Notes: a model not told the origin generated them from the sequence alone. Shown: positions 40,772 through 50,800, counted from the stretch's first letter. The stretch is 64,000 bases of DNA from Candidatus Latescibacterota bacterium (GCA_965116885.1 OZ220741.1:3488001-3552000), one strand, 5' to 3'. Program-made: numbers and translations.

Positions 40772-41908
40772 TCACCCTTGGTGAGTCCCAGCCTCCGCTA
40801 CCTTCCCGCGGTCTTCCTGCCGCTCCAGCGGCAGTTCTTGCATAAATGTCCACTGACGGTCCCCCAGCTTTTGAAGCTGCGATTCGTCGAGTTCCATCCC
40901 CAGACCCGGACCTTTAGGCACGAGAAGGTAGCCATTTTCGTACTGGACCCGGTGTTTGACAACGTCGTCAATGTAGAGTTGCGCGCCAGCCGCATCGCCA
41001 GGGTAATCGAGGTTGGATACCGATGCGCCCAGATGCGCCTGCGCGGAGGTCCCAATAGAAAGTTCCTGAGTTGTGCCAATCAAGGTGGAGATTCCGGTGG
41101 CCTGTGCTATGGCGAAGATCTGGCGCGATCGTTTGATGCCCTGGTGGCAGGTCGCAATATTGAAGATGTCGACAGCCTGTCCTTCCGCGAAAGCAATGGC
41201 CTGGGTCTCGTCGTTGACATGCTCACTGACCGGGAACCGGATGCGCTCACGCACCTTTGCTTTGCCCGGGATGTCGGGTGCGGGACTTTCAACCAGGATC
41301 GGCTCGACCCACTGCAGACGCTCAACGGCGGCTACGCACGACTTCCAATCAAGTCGGCGGCTGAAGTCCAGTGATTTAACTTTGAATCGATCTCCATAAC
41401 GATCGCGACACTCATGTAAGATCTGATTGTCGATTTCGAGGTTTCCACCCACGTAAAATCGGAACAGGTCGAATCCCAGCTCGAGCATTCGACCGACTCG
41501 CTCGACGTTGGGTGCGACGTCCGCCTCTTCGAATTGTCGAAAGATGGGGTAGCAGATTTTGTAGCGATCTCGGTAAGCACCTCCATAGAGGTCGTGAATT
41601 GGAATGCCCAAGCTCTTGGCCCGAAGGTCGTGAATCGCAATGTCCACACCTGCGCCAATCTGTCCCTTATATCCGTCGACGATCGGATCGATGGCGGTTG
41701 GATCGGATGGATCGATTCCGATCAACGATTTCCGAAGTATATACTCGAGATGGTTGATGTCGGGTATGTTTCGGGTACTGAGGTCGGACATTTCGCCCGC
41801 ACCGACTACACCATCGTCTGAGATGATACGGATGATAATGTGAGGGCTAAGCGTACCGTTCTCTCGTCTTGTTCCGACTGCAAATAGATCGAGCTCTTTA
41901 ATGGTCAA
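40772..41908 (-). CDS. Enolase superfamily, galactarate dehydratase II (R-x-Y)-like
   Basis: GEMSD, CYPIFR, GFDLFRFYVG, KSLDFS, ESPAP, SEH, GTTQELS. Confidence 0.8.
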   Translation of the reverse strand: MTIKELDLFAVGTRRENGTLSPHIIIRIISDDGVVGAGEMSDLSTRNIPDINHLEYILRKSLIGIDPSDPTAIDPIVDGYKGQIGAGVDIAIHDLRAKSLGIPIHDLYGGAYRDRYKICYPIFRQFEEADVAPNVERVGRMLELGFDLFRFYVGGNLEIDNQILHECRDRYGDRFKVKSLDFSRRLDWKSCVAAVERLQWVEPILVESPAPDIPGKAKVRERIRFPVSEHVNDETQAIAFAEGQAVDIFNIATCHQGIKRSRQIFAIAQATGISTLIGTTQELSIGTSAQAHLGASVSNLDYPGDAAGAQLYIDDVVKHRVQYENGYLLVPKGPGLGMELDESQLQKLGDRQWTFMQELPLERQEDRGKVAEAGTHQG

Positions 41909-41973
41909 AGCAGACTCCTTTCATCGATCGTCTCAGGAACACCAATACGAATAGAGCGCCCCTTGTCGGCATC

Positions 41974-42843
41974 TTAATTTTTCACGCCAGTTTCTGTCTC
42001 ATTGTAATCGTAGGGCCGGTTTCGGAAGAGGTAGTCTATCGGTTCATCTACAAAAATTATGTTCGGGTCCAGGTCGCTTTCCGCAAAGGCGGTTTCACAA
42101 CCGGTATTGAATCGGAGAGGGGGAAGGCGACGCATCCAGTGGCATGAGTAGATCGCTGCGATCATGAACCGCGGTTGGTCGGAGGGATTTGGCATTCCCC
42201 GGTGCCAGAGCCGGGAATCGCGGATCAGAATGCTTCCCTTTTTTGTGTTCCCCCGAACTGGCGGTGCTACTTTTCGGCGTGCTTCCTGCAGGTGTTCTTC
42301 TACCTTGATATCATCTCCAACTACCTTTTGCGTTTCCAGATGGGAGCCAGGCCAGAGTTCGATACTTCCGTTGGCTTCGGTCACTTCGTCCAGGGCAATA
42401 TTGACAATGACTTTGGACGGCGGGTGCGCGACATCCAGGTTCGGCCAGAGCTGTCCCGAGTCAACATGTACCGGCTGGAGTTCGCTGCCCGGCAAGTTGG
42501 TGTTGCCGGTGTAGCGATTGTTGAAGATCCCTTCGCCGAGCAGGGCTTTCGAGACCTGGACTACATAGGGGTTCGCCATAACGTCGCGAAAGACGTAAGG
42601 GGGGAAGGGGGGCGGGTCTTGCTGGACGTTTCCCCAGACGAAGTTATGGGGCGGCGCAGGGGCGTTCATGATTTTCTCTATGTCTTCGGTCATCCGCTCA
42701 CAGAGAAGATCGAGGTGTTCGTGCGCGACCACTGCATTGAGGATGATGTAGCCCTCCGTTCGAATGGCATCGAGGGCCTGTTTCAGGTGCGCGTCGGTGA
42801 GAGATTCGGCTGCGTGTTCTTCCGGTGTGACGGTGATTTCCAC
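41974..42843 (-). CDS. PhyH-family dioxygenase
   Basis: QPVHVD, NIALD..TEANGSIELWPGSH, RLWHRG. Confidence 0.9.
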   Translation of the reverse strand: MEITVTPEEHAAESLTDAHLKQALDAIRTEGYIILNAVVAHEHLDLLCERMTEDIEKIMNAPAPPHNFVWGNVQQDPPPFPPYVFRDVMANPYVVQVSKALLGEGIFNNRYTGNTNLPGSELQPVHVDSGQLWPNLDVAHPPSKVIVNIALDEVTEANGSIELWPGSHLETQKVVGDDIKVEEHLQEARRKVAPPVRGNTKKGSILIRDSRLWHRGMPNPSDQPRFMIAAIYSCHWMRRLPPLRFNTGCETAFAESDLDPNIIFVDEPIDYLFRNRPYDYNETETGVKN

Positions 42844-42952
42844 GGCTACTTATCTCCAGATCATTAAACGATTAAGACTGTATTTAGGGGTTTTGTGTGA
42901 TGTTCATTTTTCAAGACATTTGGTTTAGGTAGAAAGTTTTTATATTTTGAAG

Positions 42953-43011
42953 AGGCGTTGCCGCTCTTTCCCGCCTGGTTGGGCGTAGAAAATGTAGAGC
43001 GCATTGTCCAC
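42953..43011. repeat. 59-bp fragment of the nitrilase gene (52918..52975)
   Basis: 2 substitutions and 1 inserted G relative to the gene. Confidence 0.92.
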
Positions 43012-43065
43012 GGTCAATCTATTAAGGAGACAAACTTTCCACCAGATTCCCAGGAAGATACGCCA

Positions 43066-44016
43066 ATGAAAACGGATTTGTCACGTATTAAGCACTCGCT
43101 CATGTATGAGGTATTTCAATCAACTACCATGCTGTTATTTATGTTGTCAGGCATTTCTACCATGCGCCAAAAACATCAATTAGCTGCAGGAGTTGCTACA
43201 TCCATTCCTCTGCCGGGGCTTCCTGAAATCTGCTTCTCCCCGTGCATTATTAACGCCCCGGATGACTACCTGTATGGTCCAGCCGGAGCCGCGGCCCAGC
43301 TTGCTTACATGGGATGGGTCGCGGAGGTGTACGCGCTCTGGGAATGTCGCTTCCGTAAAGAACTAAAGGAATCATTCGGTTCAGATGCCAGCATAATCCT
43401 GCCGGAGTTCGACACATTCGGGGATCTGCGTCGAATTAGGAATGATTTCCTACACAACAACAGAGTTGCTAGCAGAGAGCACACAGGAAAATGTAAAGTA
43501 CTTAAATGGTTTGAGGCAGGTGACAAGATAGTGTTCAGTCTAAATCAGGTATTCGATTTTCTCCATCAAGCGGGCTTCCTGTTACTAGCACATGACCACG
43601 AAAGGCGCGTGCCAGCGAGTGCATATCCTTCTTTCAACGACCACGGATATTCATATGGGCAAACCGTACATCACGACAGGGACAAACTGCTAAATTGGAA
43701 GCCGGAGCCTAAAATTATTTCAGTTCGCAACCATCAGGACAACCAGGATTCGCCTCGCTTCAAGGGCGTAACAGTTGTCTTCAACAATGGCCTGTTCGCA
43801 CCTATTCCATTTGGCCCACTCGATAGCGCAGAGCATCAGGCACGTCTTGGCAAAGCCAAAATAACAGCAGATGGCAATATACAGTTCAATGATGGGACTG
43901 TGCAACATGCTCGGTCCATCTACCGCGATGTGGTCAAAACTTGGTGCGAACCGATAAGCAAAGACGAAGGACCTAGTAGCCCAGTGACTGGGCCGTGGAT
44001 GAAAATTCGTAAATAA
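43066..44016 (+). CDS. Hypothetical protein with HEPN-like RxxxxH motif
   Basis: Start MKTDLS (AGGAAG RBS). GDLRRIRNDFLHN in a helical N-terminal half. Confidence 0.6.
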   Translation: MKTDLSRIKHSLMYEVFQSTTMLLFMLSGISTMRQKHQLAAGVATSIPLPGLPEICFSPCIINAPDDYLYGPAGAAAQLAYMGWVAEVYALWECRFRKELKESFGSDASIILPEFDTFGDLRRIRNDFLHNNRVASREHTGKCKVLKWFEAGDKIVFSLNQVFDFLHQAGFLLLAHDHERRVPASAYPSFNDHGYSYGQTVHHDRDKLLNWKPEPKIISVRNHQDNQDSPRFKGVTVVFNNGLFAPIPFGPLDSAEHQARLGKAKITADGNIQFNDGTVQHARSIYRDVVKTWCEPISKDEGPSSPVTGPWMKIRK

Positions 44017-44339
44017 AGAAAGCACTACATGATCTCTCCCTCTATCCTCTCGCCGCGGAGAGCTTGTGGCGAGGGGCTTTCCATATTCCTCCTCTCTAGT
44101 ATTTCCCCATACCCTAGTATAAAATACGACCTTAAATTTCATAAGTATAGTGAAAGCAATTAGTTGTTGTTCTGTTATAGGATATGCCCTGATTTTCACG
44201 GTTAATGCGCTTAAAATGCCACCTCCAGATATTTGAAGGGCAGGAATATAGTTGCCGTTAGTAACATGGATTATTATTCTGAATCCAAATTCAAGAGAAG
44301 TAGCACCAATTTCAAACAGGAGGGCACGTGACCGACAGT

Positions 44340-45755
44340 ATGCCGGAGCACCAAAACATCCTGCTTCTTCTTTCGGATCAACATCGGTGGAGCGCCTTGG
44401 GTTGCTATGGCAACGAACAGGTGCATAGCCCACACTTCGACGCACTGGCGTCCGAAGGTGCGCTATATCGAACATGTATCTCGAACCATCCAGTCTGCGC
44501 ACCCTACCGGTGTACTTTGCAGACCGGCCTTTACATGCACCAGCACGGTGCCTACAGTAACGGCCACGTCCTGGACCCTTCCTTCCAGTGCATGGCAGAC
44601 CACTTCCGCGCTGCCGACTACGCCACTGGCTATATTGGCAAGGCGCACTGGTATGGCAACGAGACGCCAGGCTTTGTCCCGGAGAGCCACCGTCTGCGGT
44701 GGGAGACCTGGCATGCGTGCAACAATCACAACTGGTTCTATGATCCGCCGCACATCGACCACCGCGGCGAGCTCACTTACCGGTATCGCGGTCGCTACGA
44801 TCCAGAGGTGCAGACCGACCTGGCAATAGAGTTCATCGGTGCCAACCGCCATCGTCCCTGGATCCTGCAGCTCAATTGGATTCCGCCGCATGCGCCGATC
44901 GAGTTTCTCGACGAAGACGCGCTCGCGCGGGCACGGCAGCTGAACCGATCCCTCGAATTCGGCCTTCCCGACGCGTTCTTCCGAGATTCCGACTCATTGA
45001 AACACCGTTTTCCGTTCCACCTGCTACAGCGGGTCGTCCCTTACCGGAACCTCGACCTTTATGACGCCGACCAGATTGAGGTTGAGCCGAATGTCGCGCA
45101 CCACCTCAGGCCGGTCATGCGCCACATGCTCAAGGAGTACTACGCCATGGTGTCGTCCCTCGACGACCAGATCGGCAGGATTGTCGCGACGCTCGATGAC
45201 CTCCATCTACGGGAAAATACGACGATTATCTATACGTCCGATCACGGCGACCTGGTGGGCAGCCATTCGAATTTGACCGAGCACTACCGCCGCAAGAGCC
45301 TGCCATACCAGAATGCGTACCGGGTGCCGTTGATTATTGCAGGTGCTGGCATCCCATCGGGAACCGAAGTCGAGACGCCCGTCGGCAGTGTTGATTTGCT
45401 CCCGACAATTCTCGATCTCGCCGGGCTTCCTCCGGCCGCAGATTTGCCTGGCCGCTCTATGAAAGTGGGAACTGGTGGCCGAACCGGGCCCGAGTCTGAC
45501 GTGGTGTTGATGGGACTGCGCAACTGGCGCGCCGTCCACGACGGTAGATACTGTTATGCCGTGTTCTTCGACGCAGACGAGAGCAAGCTATTGATCGATA
45601 CCGAACGCGATCCTTACGACATGGACAATCTGTTGGAACGGTCTGAGTCGCACCCCGTTGCTCAGCGACTCCATCAGCGGCTTCGCGAGAAACTCCGCGA
45701 AGTCGGCGATCTGGACGGTCTGGAGCGCGTCTCCACTCGGTATGAATTTCAGTGA
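44340..45755 (+). CDS. Sulfatase (Cys-type)
   Basis: NILLLLSDQ, CAPYR, GKAH, SDHGD. Alternative start GTG 44328. Confidence 0.92.
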   Translation: MPEHQNILLLLSDQHRWSALGCYGNEQVHSPHFDALASEGALYRTCISNHPVCAPYRCTLQTGLYMHQHGAYSNGHVLDPSFQCMADHFRAADYATGYIGKAHWYGNETPGFVPESHRLRWETWHACNNHNWFYDPPHIDHRGELTYRYRGRYDPEVQTDLAIEFIGANRHRPWILQLNWIPPHAPIEFLDEDALARARQLNRSLEFGLPDAFFRDSDSLKHRFPFHLLQRVVPYRNLDLYDADQIEVEPNVAHHLRPVMRHMLKEYYAMVSSLDDQIGRIVATLDDLHLRENTTIIYTSDHGDLVGSHSNLTEHYRRKSLPYQNAYRVPLIIAGAGIPSGTEVETPVGSVDLLPTILDLAGLPPAADLPGRSMKVGTGGRTGPESDVVLMGLRNWRAVHDGRYCYAVFFDADESKLLIDTERDPYDMDNLLERSESHPVAQRLHQRLREKLREVGDLDGLERVSTRYEFQ

Positions 45756-45849
45756 TCCTTTCTTTTAGGGATTATATAGAATAGTGCCAAAGAAAAAAGC
45801 GAGGGATGATATATGGAACTCGCATCGTGCCAGTAAAAAAAGATGAGAT

Positions 45850-46884
45850 CTATTTTGTCGGGTCGTCCGATACCCGAATAATAAGCTTACCAAAATTTTC
45901 ACCTTTGAGCAGACCAATCAAAGCTGCGGGCGCGTTTTCCAAACCATCGACAATATCTTCCTTGTAGCGCAATTTGTCTTCGCGAATCCATCCGCCTAAA
46001 GTGCTAAAAGCTTCTTCCCTTTGGTCCGCAAAGTCCGAGACAATGAAACCCCGAAAGGTGAGTCGTTTGGTGAGGATCTGGCGCAGCATATAATGCATCT
46101 GGTTGGGACCGGGTGGCAATCCCGTATCATTGGCAATGGCGATGGTGCCACATACGGGTATCCGGGCAAAGGGGTTGAACAGCGGCAACACCGTCTCAAA
46201 CACCTTGCCAGCCACATTCTCAAAATAAACATCAATCCCGTCCGGACAAGCACCGGCGATTTGTTCTTCAAAATCGTCGGCTCTATGGTTCACACACGCA
46301 TCGAATCCAAACGCATCGGTAACATACTGGCATTTTTCTTTAGTCCCCGCGATGCCTACGGCCCGCGCGCCTTTGATCTTAGCGATTTGCCCAACTACCG
46401 ACCCCACTGCTCCCGAGGCAGCCGCCACGACGACTGTCTCATCGGGTTGCGGTTTGCCGATATTGAGTAGCCCCGTGTATGCGGTCATGCCGGGCATGCC
46501 CAGTACGCCTATTGAGGTAGAGATGGGCCCCCAGGCCGGATCGATTTTGCGCAGCGCCTTTCCTGGGAGAGCGAAAAGGGATTGCCACCCGCCCCTGCCC
46601 TCCACGATGTCGCCCTCAGCAAATTCCGAATCGTTTGAGGCGATCACCTTTCCCACGCAGCCGCCCTCCATCACCGTGCCAAGTTCGACCGGTTTGGCAT
46701 AGTTTTTCGCCACATTCATCCTGCCGCGCATGTAGGGATCCAGCGAAAGATAAATCGTCTGGCACAAAACTTCACCCTCACCAGGGGTAGGCACATCGGA
46801 TTCCACCAACTGGAAATCACTCGGTTTCGGTTCTCCTTCGGGACGAGCAACCAGCAAGATTTGACGGTTTTTTAGATCGGACAT
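45850..46884 (-). CDS. NADP-dependent oxidoreductase (CurA/YncB, PTGR-like MDR)
   Basis: Start MSDLKNRQ. LSLDPYMRGRM, GMPGMTAY.GL, AASGAVG, GENFGK. Confidence 0.93.
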   Translation of the reverse strand: MSDLKNRQILLVARPEGEPKPSDFQLVESDVPTPGEGEVLCQTIYLSLDPYMRGRMNVAKNYAKPVELGTVMEGGCVGKVIASNDSEFAEGDIVEGRGGWQSLFALPGKALRKIDPAWGPISTSIGVLGMPGMTAYTGLLNIGKPQPDETVVVAAASGAVGSVVGQIAKIKGARAVGIAGTKEKCQYVTDAFGFDACVNHRADDFEEQIAGACPDGIDVYFENVAGKVFETVLPLFNPFARIPVCGTIAIANDTGLPPGPNQMHYMLRQILTKRLTFRGFIVSDFADQREEAFSTLGGWIREDKLRYKEDIVDGLENAPAALIGLLKGENFGKLIIRVSDDPTK

Positions 46885-46903
46885 ATGTATTCCTTTATCA
46901 AGT

Positions 46904-47749
46904 TCAAATTCGTGCGAATTTTTGCAGTCGGTTGGGTTGACGGGGCACTTCGGTGACGTAAATATCACCGCGGCTATCAACGCAGATGCCGTGCGCAGGA
47001 TCGATAAACTGTCCGGGATCTGAGCCTTCCTCGCCCCATCTTGCCAGCAGAGCACCATCCAGGTCAAAAATGCTGACGCGCTGGGGTGCTTCGGCAATAT
47101 AGACAATATGATCTGCATCGATGTGAATGTTATTCGGAGATTGGATATCTGTCCACTCCTCCAGAAAGTTCCCATCAAAATCGAAAAGCTGAATGCGGTG
47201 GTTTTCCCGGTCGCTTACAAGCACGCGGTCGCGTGGGTCAATGCATAAATCGTGCGGCAGGGCAAACTGGCCGGGTCCTGTGCCTTCCTCACCCCAGGAA
47301 AGAATCCGTTCGCCTTTCGCTGAAAAGCGATGCACCCGGTGCTGGCCGTATCCATCCGAAACAAAAATTTCACCTGAGGGCGCGGCCATTGCCTTGGTTG
47401 GCCTGTTGAACGGCTCGCCCGGTGAACCTGTCTGGCCTGGCATCCCCAGGGTCTGAAGCACTTCTCCATCCGTGCTGAAGATACGCACAGTATGATCGTC
47501 AACATCCGCACAATAAATCCGATCCGCCGGATCGATCCAGATATTGTGCGGATTTGAGAGCACATCATCACCCCATGCACCGAGAAAGCGACCTTCCGAA
47601 TCGTAAACCAGAATACCCGCAGGCTCTCGCAGGGTGACATAGACGCGATCCTGCGAGTCAACTGCCACATCGGGCACGACTCCACCCATCTCTTTCCCTT
47701 CGGGACCTCGGCCCCACCCTTCGACAACGCGGTATTGATAAGTTGCCAT
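46904..47749 (-). CDS. NHL-repeat protein (PAL-like)
   Basis: Repeated GQF..PH....D..D.V.V.D, VSDGYG, DRENHRIQ. Confidence 0.88.
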   Translation of the reverse strand: MATYQYRVVEGWGRGPEGKEMGGVVPDVAVDSQDRVYVTLREPAGILVYDSEGRFLGAWGDDVLSNPHNIWIDPADRIYCADVDDHTVRIFSTDGEVLQTLGMPGQTGSPGEPFNRPTKAMAAPSGEIFVSDGYGQHRVHRFSAKGERILSWGEEGTGPGQFALPHDLCIDPRDRVLVSDRENHRIQLFDFDGNFLEEWTDIQSPNNIHIDADHIVYIAEAPQRVSIFDLDGALLARWGEEGSDPGQFIDPAHGICVDSRGDIYVTEVPRQPNRLQKFARI

Positions 47750-47775
47750 TGTGTACTCCTTTCAGATATGCCCGA

Positions 47776-48603
47776 CTACCTGTCCAGTCTAACCCAATCG
47801 GGCCAAACCTTGGCAAAAAATGCTCGCTGGATGCCCCGTACGCTCTCCCCGCCGTCAACAACGAGATTGGAGCCTACACTGAAGTTGCCTGCTTGCGAAG
47901 CGAGAAAGATGGCCATGCCTGCGATGTTTTCCTTCTCTCCAACCCGCTTGCCCGGAATGTTTTTCTTCATCTCGTCTGTGTGATCCCGGGCCACCTTATT
48001 CAAATCGCTGGGAAAATCACCAGGGGAGATGGTATTGACTTGAATCCCTTCCCAGGCCAAACTATCACCTAAATGTCGGCCCAAATGGATCACACCTGCT
48101 TTGCTGGCTCCGTAGGCATAATTGTAAGCTGTGTTGAGTTTACCACAGCCGTCGATAGACGCGATATTGATCACATTGCGTGGTGTTTCTGGCGAAGCCC
48201 CCACGCGCAGGAATGGCAGAAACGCCTGGGTCATAAAAAAGATGCTTTTGAGATTGAGATCCATCACCGCGTCCCATGTTTCCTCCGTCACATCCTCGAT
48301 CTCCCTGCGACCATCGCTGATTCCAGCGTTGTTGACCAAAATATCGAGCGACTGTTCTCGTTCACCGTAGGCCTTTGCCAGTTCCTTGATTCCGGAGACT
48401 GAACTTACATCGGCTACGAGATACTCGCAGGAGCCGATTTGTGCAAGTTCCTCCTGCTTCTTTTTTAAAACACCTTCTCTGCGTGCGACAATGTAAACCT
48501 TCGCCCCAAAATTGACAAAGCCTTCGGCTATCATCGCTCCGATGCCGGTCGAACCACCAGTCACCAGTGCGGTTTTTCCCGCCAGTGAAAATAGATCTCT
48601 CAT
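47776..48603 (-). CDS. Short-chain dehydrogenase/reductase
   Basis: TGGSTGIG, NNAG, YGASK. Confidence 0.93.
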   Translation of the reverse strand: MRDLFSLAGKTALVTGGSTGIGAMIAEGFVNFGAKVYIVARREGVLKKKQEELAQIGSCEYLVADVSSVSGIKELAKAYGEREQSLDILVNNAGISDGRREIEDVTEETWDAVMDLNLKSIFFMTQAFLPFLRVGASPETPRNVINIASIDGCGKLNTAYNYAYGASKAGVIHLGRHLGDSLAWEGIQVNTISPGDFPSDLNKVARDHTDEMKKNIPGKRVGEKENIAGMAIFLASQAGNFSVGSNLVVDGGESVRGIQRAFFAKVWPDWVRLDR

Positions 48604-48623
48604 TTTCGTTTCTCCGTGAGTTG

Positions 48624-48650
48624 GGCAATCTGTCGATGTTCGGCTGCCTG
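48624..48650. repeat. 27-bp fragment of the nitrilase gene (53000..53026)
   Basis: GGCAATCTGTCGATGTTCGGCTGCCTG vs GGCAAGCTGTCGATGTTCGGCTGCCTG, 26/27. Confidence 0.88.
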
Positions 48651-48651
48651 C

Positions 48652-49362
48652 TTAAACATCCCATCGCCACGTATTGCGACAGGCAAGCCGTGGATATTCA
48701 TTCGCGTTCTTGCTTCCCGCGTGTACAAAAAAGTTCTGGTAAAACAGAATGTCTCCGCGCTTCGCCACCAATTCCACGCCTTCGCCAATATCCACCTTGT
48801 GCATATCCGAATTCACGTCCCACAGATAGGGATACTTCTCTGGATTGCGCTCTGCAAGACCCCGCATCTTTTTATGTGAAACCGGCCATCCAAATGTGCA
48901 ACCCCCATGCGATTCTGTATCATTCAAATACAAAATTGAATGCACACTGATTGGAATCGGAAACGTCACATTAAACTTCTCCCGGTTGGTTCCGCCATCA
49001 AAGTGAGGTTTGTGGTGGCTCCATTCACCTTCCGTCGGAAACGTGTTCTGCGTCAGGATATCCTTCGGCGCGTGGATCTCCTCGCGTCCCACACCCGTCA
49101 ATTCGGAAAGTGCGGTCAAAATATCATCCGTATAACACGCTAAGATATCCGGTGCGCCCAATCTTCGATTTTCCGGCAATGCGCGCTGCCGTTGACTAAT
49201 CGCATGCGCTGATACGCGGTTCCAGGTCTCGGGATCGTCACGGTCCATTTCCAGAGCCGCCCACATCGCGTCTTCTCCTTTGCGAGCTACATCCTCAGGT
49301 ATCAAACCCGACGCCAGCAAATACCCTTCTTCGCGAAACTGCTTCTTCTGCTCATCTGTCAT
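48652..49362 (-). CDS. PhyH-family dioxygenase
   Basis: PHFD, YLND....GG.T..WP.SH, GD......FVHAG. Confidence 0.85.
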   Translation of the reverse strand: MTDEQKKQFREEGYLLASGLIPEDVARKGEDAMWAALEMDRDDPETWNRVSAHAISQRQRALPENRRLGAPDILACYTDDILTALSELTGVGREEIHAPKDILTQNTFPTEGEWSHHKPHFDGGTNREKFNVTFPIPISVHSILYLNDTESHGGCTFGWPVSHKKMRGLAERNPEKYPYLWDVNSDMHKVDIGEGVELVAKRGDILFYQNFFVHAGSKNANEYPRLACRNTWRWDV

Positions 49363-49371
49363 TATTTTCTC

Positions 49372-50718
49372 CTAATTCTGTTGTGCAGGTCTGTTTCTAT
49401 TTCTCCGAGGTCTTCTAATCCTTGGCGCCATCTGGCTTCTCCAGGCCTTGAATTTTTTTTGTAGCCGCTGAACAATTTCCGGTTGCTGGTTTGCCAGATC
49501 ATTTTGCTCACCTATATCTGCGTCCAGATCGTACAATTCCAGCTTCTTAGACCTGCTAAATGTAAGCTTCCATTTCCCTTCTCGAATCGCCCAGGTTCCC
49601 GAATCGCCATCCCAATACAGCGCATCGTGCAATGCCCCTTCTGTTTTACCTTGCAAGACTGGCAACATATTTTTGCCATCGTAGATACGGTCTTCGGGCA
49701 ATGGAATGCCAACAGCTGCACATACAGTCGGCAAAATATCCATACAAATAACCGGTTCATCACACACACCACCTGCTTCCAAATGCCCTGGCCAGGACAC
49801 GAGAAACGGCACGCGTAGCCCCCCCTCATAGACATTCTGCTTGTAGCCGCGCAGGGGCATATTGTTTGCATTTGTGGCCCTTGCACCACCATTATCGGAA
49901 AAATAAAAGATGAGTGTATTTTCCCACACGCCATTGGTCTTGAGCGCTGCCACCACATCGCCAACAGCGATATCCATTCTTTTGAGCATGCCCATCAAAA
50001 TATCGCGTTTGGAATCTCCTGTGTTAAATTGTTTGATGTCCTCTTCGGGCGCTTGCATCGGCGCATGCACGGCATTAAAAGGAAGATAAAGAAAGAATGG
50101 GTCGTTTTTGTTTCGTTCGATGAAGCCAACAGCCTCTCGGGCCAGATTATCGGTCAAGTACCCGGTATCATTGATGATCTCTTTATTTCGATATATTGCA
50201 TTATGGGCTCTGTCCTCTTTATAATTCAAATCAAAATAGTCGTGCCCCCCATGCCCTAAAAAGCCGTAAAATTCATCAAATCCACGGTTGTTCGGATGAT
50301 ATTCAGGCGTCAAACCCAAATGCCATTTTCCAAATACCCCCGTCCTGTACCCCGCTTTTTTGAGCAGGTCTGCAAGTGTAATTTCATCAACTGGCATACC
50401 GGCGCGTGAGTCACTGGCCGTATAAAAACCAAAGCGCTGCTGGTATCGACCGGTCATCAAACCCGCCCTGGTGGGCGCACATACAAAGGCACTGGCATAT
50501 CCATTTGTCATTCGAATGCCCGAGTTGGCCAGTGCGTCGATATGCGGTGTATGGACTTCTGGGGGATGTGCCTGGTAACTCACATCTCCAAAGCCCTGGT
50601 CGTCTGACAAAATCACCACAATGTTTGGACGTTTGGCATCTTCGGCCCATATAAAAGGACTTGCTATCATTCCAGATACTCCTATTCCCAAAGTTTTTAA
50701 AGCTGCGCGTCTATCCAT
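49372..50718 (-). CDS. Arylsulfatase with twin-arginine-like signal
   Basis: MDRRAALK, PNIVVILSDDQG, CAPTRAGLMTGRY, GKWHLG. Confidence 0.94.
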   Translation of the reverse strand: MDRRAALKTLGIGVSGMIASPFIWAEDAKRPNIVVILSDDQGFGDVSYQAHPPEVHTPHIDALANSGIRMTNGYASAFVCAPTRAGLMTGRYQQRFGFYTASDSRAGMPVDEITLADLLKKAGYRTGVFGKWHLGLTPEYHPNNRGFDEFYGFLGHGGHDYFDLNYKEDRAHNAIYRNKEIINDTGYLTDNLAREAVGFIERNKNDPFFLYLPFNAVHAPMQAPEEDIKQFNTGDSKRDILMGMLKRMDIAVGDVVAALKTNGVWENTLIFYFSDNGGARATNANNMPLRGYKQNVYEGGLRVPFLVSWPGHLEAGGVCDEPVICMDILPTVCAAVGIPLPEDRIYDGKNMLPVLQGKTEGALHDALYWDGDSGTWAIREGKWKLTFSRSKKLELYDLDADIGEQNDLANQQPEIVQRLQKKFKAWRSQMAPRIRRPRRNRNRPAQQN

Positions 50719-50800
50719 ATTGTAATACTCCTTTACGGGATGTGTGCCTAAGAGGTGCTAACAAAGTTGGGCAACACGGTGCTTTTTCATAAATTCCTTC

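Noticed and set aside
43720..44502. 260-aa minus-strand ORF across the AT-rich spacer
   Set aside because: Overlaps two plus-strand genes and has no recognisable motif.
45822..45840. GCATCGTGCCAGTAAAAAA resembles 38472..38490
   Set aside because: About 16/19 with an A-run, too weak to count as a repeat pair.
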